Positions 41,733-52,937 are shown, numbered from the stretch's first letter. The stretch: 64,000 bases of DNA from an uncultured Nitrososphaeraceae archaeon (GCA_963779615.1 CAVZZA010000001.1:448001-512000), one strand, 5' to 3'. Notes: generated by a model from the letters alone, not told the origin. Numbers and translations are program-made.

Positions 41733-42533
41733 CTGTTTTATTTCTGTAGAAAAAACCCAAATTAACTATTCTTTACAAATTTAAAAACCCTGTGTCAAAA
41801 CCCATGACTAGGATGGAGGGAATGGGATTTGAACCCGCTACTTGCATTCACGGGTTCATATGAAAATATCTCCATTTAATTTTCAACTACAAGTAGATTC
41901 TAGGTATTAAAGCAATTATCCAAGAGGAGAGAGGGACTTAAATCCTGGCGGTAAGTCGGTTCTAACACTTTTTAAAACGATTGTCGAGGGTCTCATCATT
42001 CACAAAACAGGCCATAAGAAAGGAAAAAGGCATGACTATGACATCTATAAGAAGAATCATCCCGTAACTCCAAAAGAAGTGATAAATGTGTTTGACCTTG
42101 GCTAGCTTGGGGTTTGGAAAGACTATCCAGGGCAACTATCATCTTTACCATATAAAAAGAAGAAAGATCAAGGGCCATGTGCAGAAGAAAAGGATACAAC
42201 CAGAACCACTCCAGAAAAAGGGTAGTGATAGAGCACACCATTTGCAGGGTTGAAATAAGCACAGGATTATGGGCGATGTCTTCAGAAACAGGTTATGAAA
42301 TTACGACAAGGTATCTGAAATAGTATCAGGACTGGTAAACTACAGAGCATTGTAATCTTTTTAGATGGCTACTATCAGTCATTGCCATACTGATAGGACA
42401 TGCAGATTATAATTATGCAGGAGATCTATATATTGACTGTTTTGTTTCTGTAGAAAAAATCCAAATTAACTATTCTTTACAAATTTAAAAACCCTGCGTA
42501 AAAACTCGTAAAGAGTTGAGGGAATGGGATTTG
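41733..42533. repeat. Imperfect direct repeats of about 100 bp (41733-41837 and 42437-42533), each ending in a tRNA 3'-end-like fragment
   Basis: Shared ctgtttt.tttctgtagaaaaaa.ccaaattaactattctttacaaatttaaaaaccctg...gagggaatgggatttg; the reverse complement reads GGGTTCAAATCCCATTCCCTCCA. Confidence 0.8.
41988..42429 (+). mobile_element. IS5-family (ISL2/DDE_Tnp_4-like) transposase remnant
   Basis: GLIIHKTGHKKGKRHDYDIYKKNHP..VFDLG*LG..RVVIEHTICR; putative right end ttatgcaggagatcta. Confidence 0.8.
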
Positions 42534-42630
42534 TTTACATGTTAGGCAGTAATCTTTTAATAGGCTATAGTTGATTTTAATTGTCTTGCATTGATGCTAA
42601 TTGTTAATGAAATAATTCAAAAAAATAGAG

Positions 42631-44376
42631 TTATATCTTGACCTCCGTTCCATCAAACCTTGTAAATCTGATTTGCTTTGTAAAATTCTCATTGTAAGTT
42701 AGTTTCTGTTCTTGTAATATTCCGATTGATATTGCTTCCCCCAGTCTCAATGAGTTCCAATAATCACTTCGGTAGTGAACACCTGCGCCATTTCTACCTA
42801 TAGCAACATTTGCGGCTAATTTATTTAACTCCCCTCCCAACGTTAGTTGGTTCTTATCTGATCCTTCGTAATCGTGAAGTCCATTACCTGAATCATTAGC
42901 TTCCACAGGATTATCAATCTTGAAAGTATTATCAAACCAAGCTTTCAGGATAGTTACACAGGCACCAGCTACAGTTGCATGTCCTGCGCCATATGAAGGG
43001 TGAGCAGGTGATCCCTCTGGAAATGCTAAAGGAAGCAAATAAGTACCTCCGGTTTGTTCTCTATCCTCATTTTGTTTCTCATTATGTTTGAATATTTTTT
43101 GAAGAACAGATGAATTCAACGCATCTATATGGATAGGATAGTTGACGTTACTTGCCTTTTTAATATGAATTAATCCTGCTATAGCTTCTGGCCTTAATCG
43201 GCGATATAAGAACCATTTCGTATACCATACTGATTTCAACGCCCTTGTTGCTACCTCGCAGACCAAACTTAATATATGTGGACCACCAAAGGTTCCGAAT
43301 CCATATTGAGTTTTAAACTGCGTTGTCGAGTTATCTTTGTAAGGATTACCTTCATTTAGTATTTTAGCACCCACATTGGCGTCATCAGATAATCTGAGTA
43401 AATACATACATGCTGAAAGATATGCTTGATATAGTGCATCATAATGTACAAAAGTAGCCAAATCTCTTAGATTACGCAAGAACTTGGGTTTGTTTTCAAA
43501 GTAGCTTAATGGATCTCTATCATCATTCTTATAGAGTGGGCTAATATCCCGCTTCTCTCCTCGTTGAACTGAAATCCATGATTTATAATTTGTAACGAAG
43601 TCTTTACCAGGAACTGCCACTACGTGTCTTTGGTCAATTGCGCAGGTCCCATACTTAAGCCATCCATCATCTTCGTCACGATTTAGGACAATATCTTTAT
43701 TGCCTTTAAGCATAAATTGTGAGATATATGGGCCCACAAGATCGCCGTCAGTCGAACCTCTAAATATGCTTTTTTCAGTCACCTTGCCACCAATTTTTGG
43801 CCCATGAAAATCAGATAATTTATTCAAATCCGTTATAGCATCTTTCACCAAGTTATCAGTTCGATAATCAGTAAAATGTACATCTCTAATAAGGGACATC
43901 CAATATAATTCCACTATTTCACCTGCGGCTTCTGCTGAATTTAGCTTTGGTGGAGATGGAAATGGAAAATAGCTGTTGATATCATTTAGATCGGTTGATC
44001 CTTTCTTTATTAAGGCAACTGCATGGCCATCGGGACCCTCTAATTCATATGCTAATCCTGACTGAGGATTTGTGAGTTTTTTGTTGCCTCTGCCATTAAC
44101 AAATGATTGATCTAGAATAATATTTTGAAAGTCAATAGGGTCACCGCTTTGTATTGCTTTGAGAAAGCTTTGATATGCGGCTACATCAACTTCTCCTGAA
44201 TCTTGATGAGGCAAACTCTTGTGAAAATTGGCGATGAGATTAGGATAAGTTTGCTCCTCTTCATTAGGAGGCCCTATCTGTAAGTCCTTACCAAAATGTG
44301 GTCTACTGTTGGCAAGGTTTGTCGCGTCATCTCTAATTTTTTTGGCATTGTTTTTTCTTTGCATAGGATCGTTCAT
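42631..44376 (-). CDS. Vanadium-dependent haloperoxidase
   Basis: All three vanadate-binding motifs: KWFLYRRLRPE, HPSYGAGHATVAGAC and GELNKLAANVAIGRNGAGVHYRSD; also ELYWM and YISQF. Confidence 0.93.
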   Translation of the reverse strand: MNDPMQRKNNAKKIRDDATNLANSRPHFGKDLQIGPPNEEEQTYPNLIANFHKSLPHQDSGEVDVAAYQSFLKAIQSGDPIDFQNIILDQSFVNGRGNKKLTNPQSGLAYELEGPDGHAVALIKKGSTDLNDINSYFPFPSPPKLNSAEAAGEIVELYWMSLIRDVHFTDYRTDNLVKDAITDLNKLSDFHGPKIGGKVTEKSIFRGSTDGDLVGPYISQFMLKGNKDIVLNRDEDDGWLKYGTCAIDQRHVVAVPGKDFVTNYKSWISVQRGEKRDISPLYKNDDRDPLSYFENKPKFLRNLRDLATFVHYDALYQAYLSACMYLLRLSDDANVGAKILNEGNPYKDNSTTQFKTQYGFGTFGGPHILSLVCEVATRALKSVWYTKWFLYRRLRPEAIAGLIHIKKASNVNYPIHIDALNSSVLQKIFKHNEKQNEDREQTGGTYLLPLAFPEGSPAHPSYGAGHATVAGACVTILKAWFDNTFKIDNPVEANDSGNGLHDYEGSDKNQLTLGGELNKLAANVAIGRNGAGVHYRSDYWNSLRLGEAISIGILQEQKLTYNENFTKQIRFTRFDGTEVKI

Positions 44377-44519
44377 GTAATTTCACTCAATTGATATTGG
44401 TTTATCATTGCAATAATTAACAATAACTATTATATATAGTTTGTGAAATATTGGATATTCTTGCCAAAATTAAATATTATTGTATATTGTAAGACTTGAA
44501 CAATGATAAGAAATTGAGC

Positions 44520-44655
44520 ACTTCCCAAAATTATCTTTCTGTAAATAATGATACTGCATGATAGTTGCACCAGGCAAGATAATTCTCGGATTTCTTTTCG
44601 TATCTTGTGAACAGTTTCCTGAATCTGTTGTGCCATGAGTTTTCCTGTCTACAAT
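44520..44655 (-). mobile_element. IS5-family transposase C-terminal fragment
   Basis: NSWHNRFRKLFTRYEKKSENYL(fs)LVQLSCSIIIYRKIILG. Confidence 0.75.
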
Positions 44656-44952
44656 CCATCACCTGTTTTTTGCAGGAGTGCCTCATGAAATAATATAATG
44701 TATTTTCTATGCAATGAATCAAGAAATACTAGAATTTTTAAATGTTAGATAATCAATGATACGAATTCACATCGAGATGCCTCATATCCTGATAAGTTTA
44801 TTTAGATTCGTTTGCTAGGAGGTATAGCAAAATAAAAAAATCAGATTAACAGGACATGATCAGAGGCTGCTGTGATTGATTACACATCTTTGTATCAATG
44901 TTTAGTCAAATATGGAAAAAACCTTAAATCATTTATTTTTTTATAAGATAGA

Positions 44953-46651
44953 GTGGTTCTAAAGATAAAAGGCAATCGTTATTTATCGTTTTTTGTTTAT
45001 GGACTTGCAGCTGGACTTGTTGCTTTTGCATTATCGATTTTCTTAAAAATAACTATAAATGGATTGTTTATTCCTGAACTGGCGTCTCAAGGCTTGATAT
45101 CGATTACTTCTGGGGAAATTGAATCTCAAGCTGTACTTACTCTTGGACCATTAGCAAAATATTCCACATTTATTGGTGCAACGGTGGTTAGCATCTTACT
45201 CTATGGAATAATAGGCATAATTTCAGGCGCATTATTTGATAGATTAAAAGTGAATAGATACATCATTAGAACCGGCCTATCAAGACTTAATTTCTTATGC
45301 AATACTAATTTTTATCGTTGTTATCTTTGTTACGTTAAGTACAGTTCCAGGACAACCTGTTTTGATCCCTTATAGCTCGATAGCAAAATTCGTACTGCCC
45401 AATATTGGTTTTGGATTAATAATTTCATTATTGTTAAGAAAAGGAAGTGAAAAATCAAATTCAATCAAACCTGTCCCAAATGAAGGAGAAGAGAGGGTAA
45501 TCTCTAAAGATAATGAAAATCAATCTATAGATTACAATAAGAGGAACATGATCCGGGCCTTGATAATATCTGCTATTGCCCTTCCGTTAATTTATTTTGG
45601 TTTCAATAGAATCCTTCACAGCGCGGAACAACAATCAGGATCGGAACTGTCACAACAAGCTCAAAATAACGCTACACAACAAATATTGCAGTCAAATACA
45701 AGACCTGTTGGTTTTGAAGATCCACGGCTGACCCCATTACTGGATGCCGAGATTACTCCAGCTTATCTTTTTTATCGAATAGATATTAATGCAATTGTCC
45801 CTGTTGTTAATGCTCAAGATTGGAACCTCTCAATAAAAGGGCTAGTGGACAATCCTCTAGTGATTAACTATAAAGAAATTAAAAGTATGGATCCAGTTGA
45901 GCAATTCTCTACTTTGGTTTGTGTGAGCAATAAAATTGGTGGAAATTTGACCAGCACTGCCTTGTGGAAAGGCATACGTCTCAGAGATCTGATATCCAAA
46001 GCAGGGATAAAACCAAATGTCAAGTATGTTGTTTTTAGATGCTCAGACGGCTATGACGTTGGAATACCCTTTGAGAATGGCATGATGGATGGAACTATTT
46101 TAGCATATGATATGAATAGGTCACCGCTAACCAATGAACATGGATATCCTATTCGAGCAATAGTGCCTGGTTTCTATGGAATGATGAATCCGAAATGGAT
46201 AACAGAGATAGAATTGGTAGATAAAACATATGAAGGATTCTGGCAGAGAAAAGGCTGGACAAATGACAGTATTAAAAACATCTATTCATCAATCGTGGTT
46301 CCAGGAAGCCAGCCTATTACGGACCGATTTCCTCATACAGTCACAGATAATTCCTTTACAGTTGGAAAAAGTATTCCAATCGCTGGAATTGCTTTTTCTG
46401 GGGACCGAGGAATATCCAAGGTTGAAGTCAGTACAGATGGCGGAAAAACGTGGAAAACAGCGGTAGTTAAAGATCCATTGTCACAATATACCTGGGTGCT
46501 ATGGACCAGCCAGTTTACTTCTGAGAGTAAAGGCGCATTCGACATTGTAGTAAGAGCAACAGACAAAACAGGGCAGGTCCAAACCTCCAAGTTAGAAAAT
46601 CCGTTTCCCAAGGGTGCTAGCGGATACAATCAAATAGATTTAAACATATAA
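44953..46651 (+). CDS. Membrane-anchored molybdopterin oxidoreductase (sulfite oxidase/MsrP family), +1 frameshift near 45287
   Basis: FYRID, TLVCVSN (Mo-ligand Cys), HGYPIRAIVPG.YGMMNPKW and VEVSTDGG motifs; the N-terminal TM part rejoins the frame if one base is removed. Confidence 0.85.
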
Positions 46652-46789
46652 TGTTAGTTAGATCCTTCTTTGCCCATTTGTTTAAGCAACTAAAATGTAT
46701 TTAATGACAATATTCCTTGCAAAATAGAATCAAATGATGTATAAAAAAAACAAACCAACATAAAAGAAATTTACAAAAAGAATGGAAAA

Positions 46790-46960
46790 TCCAGCGTGTG
46801 TCATTGATGAAGAGTCTCATTGAAAGGACAATGCAACACATCAGGGCAGAACCGAAAGTTTCAATGATTGCTTTCCATGTAGGAGAAAGAATTGTAAACT
46901 AAAGCATGTAAAAAATTGGCTGTGGTTTTTTGTAGATTACCATAACAATGAGTTAAAAAT
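46790..46960 (+). mobile_element. IS6-family transposase 3' fragment
   Basis: KSLIERTMQHI / RTESFNDCFPCRRKNCKLKHVKNWL. Confidence 0.75.
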
Positions 46961-47084
46961 GCATAAGTGAACAGAGCCTCCTATAATAATAAAAAACCAA
47001 TCTAATTGACAATGGTGTCTGTCTTCATTTAGTATTTGAAGATAGAATGGATCCTACTAATCAAGTCTATTTAGTATTATCATT

Positions 47085-47891
47085 TTATTGTGTTCCCCTA
47101 AGCAATTTTTTAATTACACTCTGGAATTGTTTTTTATAATTTGGTGTTGAAAACTTGTTTACCGAATTGCTAATCAAGGCCCTTTCAGAATATGGAATAT
47201 CCAAGGCCGACACTATGATTTTTACCGCTTGTTCCAACGTATGGTATTGGAATTTTGAAGGTACGAATTCTGTTTGTCCCCCTATATCAGGTACGACAGG
47301 TATCAAGCCTGCACTCATAGACTCGGAATTAGTAAGCACAGTGGAATTTTTTATCATGTTATCATATGCATATTTTAGCCATTCCAAATATCGTTTCCTA
47401 TCAAAATCAACAGCATTGCTTTGATTATTGTTGTCTTCTTTTATGGCATTGGAATCAGTAGGGATTGAGAATGATGGCGAGTCTCTTGCAACTTTAAGAT
47501 ATTTTTCAAGATATTCTTTATCTTCTGATTGTATAAGAAACTTTGCAGAGGAAAAATGGCAATATGCAATAGAGTTATTCTTTGAAAAGGATTTATTGTA
47601 ATATGTATCGATATCGCCATGTGTATTTATTATAAGGTCATACCCATTCTTCACATTATCGCGGATACTTTGCTCATCAAACATCGACAAAACATTTACT
47701 TTTTTTATATCACTTATGACAGAAGCAAGATCTTTACCGTAGGCATTCTGCAATTTTGCCATATTGGGTTCTTCCAGTGTTGTTAGCTCAATATCAATAC
47801 CCATTTCCAATACCGCTTGCATGGTCACAAGGGTAAAACACTCGCCACCTCCACAAGGGTTTAAATCAGAATATACAAAATTTGCCTTCAA
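47085..47891 (-). pseudogene. GT-B (GT4/ALG11-like) glycosyltransferase with an in-frame internal deletion
   Basis: N-domain (LNPCGGGE, INTHGD, YCHF) ends at VLTNSE and is fused directly to SMSAGLIPVVPDIGG; most of the nucleotide-sugar-binding domain is missing. Confidence 0.7.
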
Positions 47892-48007
47892 TTAGGAATT
47901 AGGATAACATAGACAACATATATTTCAAAAAAGAAGAAAAAGAAAAAGGATTCATCAAATTAAATGGCTATTTCATCTAAAATATTATTTTATGATTATG
48001 GAAATTA

Positions 48008-48600
48008 ATAGGTCTCTTGCATTGTTAGAAACATTTTACCCGTTTTCCATCAGTGCTTTAACTTTCTATCCATCTAGATTTGATTTGTTATTCTATAGTC
48101 TATAGTTGATATTAAATCTGATATCCCATTACACGTTATCCTTTTTTCGAATGCATTATTCATTACTTTATGCTTTTTTACAATGATTTATGATCCATCG
48201 TTATTCTGATTTAAAATGACCCGCTAATTGTACTCTTTTTATTCTTGAAGCAGATATTGTTTTCTCATCCATCTGTTTGGCATGAATGACCTTTGGTCAG
48301 GAAAGTCTTTCTTCTTTCCAAAATAACCAGGTCAAACACGTTAACAGTTTGTTTGGAAGTCACAGAATGATTATTTTTATATATGATACAGTCATGCTGA
48401 TGTCCTCTCTTGTGTTCTGTTTTATGATTGATAATGCCTTGATTGTTAACAATAGGTTAGTTCTTGAATTATGTTTCTTTTTCTTTTGTACAACGTCCTC
48501 TCACATGATTTTTTATATCCTGTCCTTTGCAAAAAAATGATTTTGATTAATAATAACCATCAAAAAAACTGTATTTCAAATACTGTGTTCTGTTTTGCGG
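48008..48600 (-). mobile_element. Degenerate IS5-family (ISL2-like) remnant
   Basis: VNNQGIINHKTEHKRGHQHD..YKNNHSVT..VNVFDL; end taggtctcttgcat resembles the end of the 42.0-42.4 kb element. Confidence 0.7.
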
Positions 48601-48899
48601 TTTACAAACACAATATTTTCAATCTTGTAGTTTTTGCCGTATTAACAAAGCAGGGCCCGGAGGGATGCGGTTCAATAGTGAATGAAACCTAAACCAGGTT
48701 TATTTGCATTTTAATAAAATTATTAACCCTTGACTTTAAATTAAATATTTAATTTTAATACAGAAATAAACTATGTTTTTGCTTTGGTGCAGCTGTTGTG
48801 TAATATCACAATCTAAAGAAAGATTAATTGGATAGGCTCTTGACATTTAGAACCGCAATGTTAAATGACTTTAATATTACATTCTAAACCAAGTATGAT

Positions 48900-49892
48900 G
48901 TGGTAAATTTAATAATTTTTACAATGACAGTATTATTCATATTATTTTTTTATATTGGCGATGATGGTGGCTTAGCCGTTATCTTTGCGCAGACCAATGA
49001 GGAAAAAACCGTAACAATACCTAAGGGGTCGGCAAACCCTGAAGTTGACATGACAAAATTCACACTAAAGCAATGGTACAAGCCAGCAGAAGTCACAATC
49101 AATGTAAATGATACCGTAAGATGGATTAACTATGACACAGAACCCCATACAGTGACGAGCGGCATGGGCGGGGGCTTGGCCAGTGCAGGAACTAACTCAA
49201 AGGGAAAACCCAACGGCCTGTTTGACAGCGGGCTGTTCAAGCCTGGTGATTCATGGTCCTTTAAATTCAACAGGCCAGGAACATTCAACTACTTTTGCAC
49301 CATACACCCATGGATGGAGGGAGTTGTCAATGTCAAAGGCGAAAGCACAAACATACCCCCTTATGCGGTTGACAAAAACGGAAGCAGAATTGACAAGGTT
49401 CCCTCATACGTTTTATCCAATGACAAAAAGTTTGAGACGGGCCTCTCTTGGAGTCCATCATCAATAAAAACAAACGAACCAATCAACTTCATAATTGACT
49501 TTTTTGAAATGCCCAAAAACACCAAACTGCATCTGTGGCCCTACAATTTTGTTTTGATTCAAAACGGAAAGGAAATCTACAGGACAACCGGTATCACCCA
49601 AATAGGCTCCAGCGCGGTAAAATACGCATTCAGCGCCCCTGGCAATCTAACCATCAAAATTGAAAGCAACCAGGACCCAAGTTCCTTTTCACAGTATGGC
49701 ACAATAGTATACGATAATCCCCATCCAACCTCTCACAACATGTCTGGCCCCATGCAAAATTCACAGGCACAGTCCTCACCATTGGGATTCATAAACACAT
49801 TGACCCTTGTTTACTCCGTATACGCAATCATAATAGGGATACCGATAGTTTTGGTTGTGTTTGTCATACTCATCAAGAAAAGGATAATTTAG
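48900..49892 (+). CDS. Membrane-anchored blue copper (cupredoxin/plastocyanin-like) protein
   Basis: PHTVTSG and FCTIHPWM type-1 copper ligands; signal peptide and C-terminal TM. Confidence 0.9.
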   Translation: MVNLIIFTMTVLFILFFYIGDDGGLAVIFAQTNEEKTVTIPKGSANPEVDMTKFTLKQWYKPAEVTINVNDTVRWINYDTEPHTVTSGMGGGLASAGTNSKGKPNGLFDSGLFKPGDSWSFKFNRPGTFNYFCTIHPWMEGVVNVKGESTNIPPYAVDKNGSRIDKVPSYVLSNDKKFETGLSWSPSSIKTNEPINFIIDFFEMPKNTKLHLWPYNFVLIQNGKEIYRTTGITQIGSSAVKYAFSAPGNLTIKIESNQDPSSFSQYGTIVYDNPHPTSHNMSGPMQNSQAQSSPLGFINTLTLVYSVYAIIIGIPIVLVVFVILIKKRII

Positions 49893-50210
49893 AAAAAAGA
49901 CGGGAATACCTTTAAAATCAGGATTGCCATTATTTTGGAATTTGGATGGGTTGGGCTTTGCTCCGTTTTTCAAATGGCAATTAGGGCTATAACGCCTTTT
50001 TGGCAAATCGCATCAAATTATGGCCATGGTTTGCTTTGCAAATACCAACTAATATGCGACAGGAGCAACTGCCAAATTAACTTAAAAAGCAGACAATAAA
50101 ACAAGAGACGAGGCACCATCATGGTAACATTAACTGTATTGCACCCCCAATTCCGTAAAGAAAGAGCCTAAAAAAATGAATGCATAACCAATTGGTATTT
50201 GAAAAAAAAG

Positions 50211-51269
50211 TTATTGAGTAGGCGGCATCAGCATTTTTGACATGTCCATCGGAGCCCCCGAAGACTTGGAGCCATTTTTGGATGGGATGAGGGTAAAGTC
50301 CATCGTTGAAGAAGAAGCATTGTTCGATGAAGTCGGGTTATGCTTGCTTGCTATTTGCAAAACCACTGGCTTTGTGAGCATGAAATGAGCTACATCCTGT
50401 GTTTTGTTGGACCCATCCACCACCAGGTTGTCAGTTACATCCACCCCATTAACAAGTCCGGTGTAACTACCTGTGGCGGACAAAGCGCTCGGTTTTGGCA
50501 CATATATCTCCTGATGGATATACACATTGTTTTCTTTAGCGTTCAACCTGTTCATGTCATAGCTAAACGGCATATCAAACGAAATCGCATTTGATTCTGG
50601 CACATAGGTGATATTGCCTATCTTATCGTAATAGCCAAGTATCTTGACGGGGAGAGGTTTGCCGTCAATGTTAAAATCTTTTTCTTTGTAGGCACCAACA
50701 CTAAGCCAGCCGTTGAATTCAGGTTGCTTGTCATCAGGCAGAATTGTCCTGGAAAAATCGACAGTGACAATCCTCACAGTAAAATGGTATAACCCACCCT
50801 CAGAAAATATTGGGCCCGAGGCTACCACATGTCCGGAACCTTGGCTGGTGTAGGCATTTAGAATTGGGTCAAGCTCTCCGGATACCGTAATGTGGCTCGT
50901 GTTTCTGGGCTGCATTTGGAGCAAGAGGTCCCCATTTGGATTGTAAAACCAATCGGCCAGCAACTGTTTCCCGTTTTTCTCAATTGTGATAAAGTAGGTG
51001 ACCTCTTTGAATGTCTGGTTGGTTTTTGAATCATATAGCTTAAACTCTATCACCGGCTGTTGACCCTGTTTTTGAATCAATTCGGTAGTTACCACAGGTG
51101 GAGACATCTTTATCAATAGATTTGCCTGGCGGTCTCCGAGTGACCCGGCCAACTCCTCCATAAACAACCCATCTCCAAAAACGTTGCTAAATGTAAATGA
51201 ATAGCTTGCAAATGATGTGATTAAAAGCATAAAAAAAAGACAAAAAGAAAAAACATTGCCCATAACCAA
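50211..51269 (-). CDS. Secreted thaumarchaeal conserved protein (resembles PEFG-CTERM-type surface proteins)
   Basis: Signal peptide; GDGLFMEEL, MSPPVVT, GPIF.EGGLYHF and YYD motifs; Met-rich tail. Confidence 0.65.
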   Translation of the reverse strand: MVMGNVFSFCLFFMLLITSFASYSFTFSNVFGDGLFMEELAGSLGDRQANLLIKMSPPVVTTELIQKQGQQPVIEFKLYDSKTNQTFKEVTYFITIEKNGKQLLADWFYNPNGDLLLQMQPRNTSHITVSGELDPILNAYTSQGSGHVVASGPIFSEGGLYHFTVRIVTVDFSRTILPDDKQPEFNGWLSVGAYKEKDFNIDGKPLPVKILGYYDKIGNITYVPESNAISFDMPFSYDMNRLNAKENNVYIHQEIYVPKPSALSATGSYTGLVNGVDVTDNLVVDGSNKTQDVAHFMLTKPVVLQIASKHNPTSSNNASSSTMDFTLIPSKNGSKSSGAPMDMSKMLMPPTQ

Positions 51270-51722
51270 TTATTGTCTATGCAACTATTTATTTTTAAAA
51301 ACAGTATCTGAAATAAAGGCGAATCAAAAAGTACGTTTACTAGTTTTAATGTTTGATATTTGTTATCTTTCAAAGGCTTGATTGCTCTCCATTTGACGAA
51401 ATCATGTGGCTTGAAGATGCTCCATTTTCTTGTGAATTTTAGAAAAAGAGCACCTTCACAATAAATTGGCATGGCTTGTTCTTTTATTTTTCAGGTTTAT
51501 CATCAGAAAGGCTTCTGATAGGCTGGCCTGATGCTTTATCAAACAAGAAATGTTTCCATTGGAATTGGATACAAAATTACAAACCAAAGAGGCAGACTGT
51601 TTTGTTTGGTCGTTGAGAAAAGGTGCAATATTTACAACATGGATTCTTTTGGAAACCTGCTTGAGTGTATTGTTTGGAAAAATATTTAAGGTGATTTTTA
51701 AAGGAATATACAGGTTTGACTT

Positions 51723-52937
51723 TTATTTGGTCGTCGCTGGCAGTTCTTTTTGATATATCTTCTTAAGCCATATTGGTGTTATTACGGTAGTTAGTGCCAC
51801 CATGATGATAATGGCCGTGTAGATATCAGTTGATAGTGCCCCGCTTGTCACTCCCACACCGGCAACAATTAACCCAACCTCCCCTCTGGAAATCATCCCT
51901 ACTCCAACCCTCATTGACTTTGCCTTGTCCTTGAGGAATATCCACGAAGGCAAGCCGCATCCCAAAAGTTTTGTGGAGATTGCAATCGCAACAACTATTC
52001 CGGCAATTAAAATGACATTGAGGTTTATGCCCCTCAGGTCCACCTGTGCGCCTATTATGGCAAAGAAAAGGGGGGCAAAGATAAACTGAAGTTTGTGAAC
52101 ATACTCTTCAACCTGCTTTATCAATCTGGTACTGGCAATGGCCATTCCAACTGCAAAGGCACCAACAATGGGCGACAACCCAACATAGGCAGCTATCCCA
52201 GCTGTCCCAAAGAAAATCGCAGTTGTGATTCCCTCAATGCTTCCCTTTGACCTCCACAGTTTTTCGCGGTGCAGTATCCTTGGAACGAGGAATATGGCAA
52301 CTATGAGCAGGATTGCAAACAATCCCAGTATTTTCAGAATAAGAAAAGTAATTTCCATAATGTCCGGTGTGATGTTCCCAGACTGGACCATGGTAACCAC
52401 AACAGACAATACGGCAATCGCAAGGATATCGTCAACTATTGCGGCCCCCAGAATAAGCCGTGCCTCTTTTGATTGCATTTTTCCAAGTTCTGTTAACACC
52501 TGAATGGATATAGCTATGCTCGTCGCTGTCAGGGCAGTAGCGATCAAAAGGGTTTCAAATGCATTTAACCCATAGACAGAAAATACACCAAATCCTACAA
52601 AGAAGGGTATAACTACTCCAAGTGCGCCCACGGTAAACGAAGCTGCGCCTCCCCTAAGGAATTCCCTTGGCGTTATTTCCAACCCTGCGACAAACAAAAT
52701 CACAATGGCAGATAGTTCACCGATGTGCTTGACGGTCTCATCCAATACCACTAACGGCCCTCCATCAAACAGTGGCAGTCCACCCAAAGCATATGGCCCT
52801 ACCATTATCCCTGCCAGCAGCTCACCCAATACCACTGGCAATTTTATTCTCTGGAAAATCTCGGCAAACACTTTGGCACTGAATAATAATATGGAGAGTG
52901 AGATTATCACATGGATGAATACAGATTCCGCAGCCAT
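51723..52937 (-). CDS. Cation:proton antiporter (CPA2/NapA-like)
   Basis: GELLAGI..GP, LFVAGLE, ATSIAI, AAIVDDI and MISRGEV motifs. Confidence 0.93.
   Translation of the reverse strand: MAAESVFIHVIISLSILLFSAKVFAEIFQRIKLPVVLGELLAGIMVGPYALGGLPLFDGGPLVVLDETVKHIGELSAIVILFVAGLEITPREFLRGGAASFTVGALGVVIPFFVGFGVFSVYGLNAFETLLIATALTATSIAISIQVLTELGKMQSKEARLILGAAIVDDILAIAVLSVVVTMVQSGNITPDIMEITFLILKILGLFAILLIVAIFLVPRILHREKLWRSKGSIEGITTAIFFGTAGIAAYVGLSPIVGAFAVGMAIASTRLIKQVEEYVHKLQFIFAPLFFAIIGAQVDLRGINLNVILIAGIVVAIAISTKLLGCGLPSWIFLKDKAKSMRVGVGMISRGEVGLIVAGVGVTSGALSTDIYTAIIIMVALTTVITPIWLKKIYQKELPATTK

Noticed and set aside
41814-41860. Complete tRNA gene on the minus strand
   Set aside because: Only the T-arm and acceptor 3' strand are present; no D arm or anticodon arm can be folded.
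41925-41950. Second tRNA-3'-like fragment (ggagagagggacttaaatcc)
   Set aside because: Too degenerate to distinguish from chance without a search.
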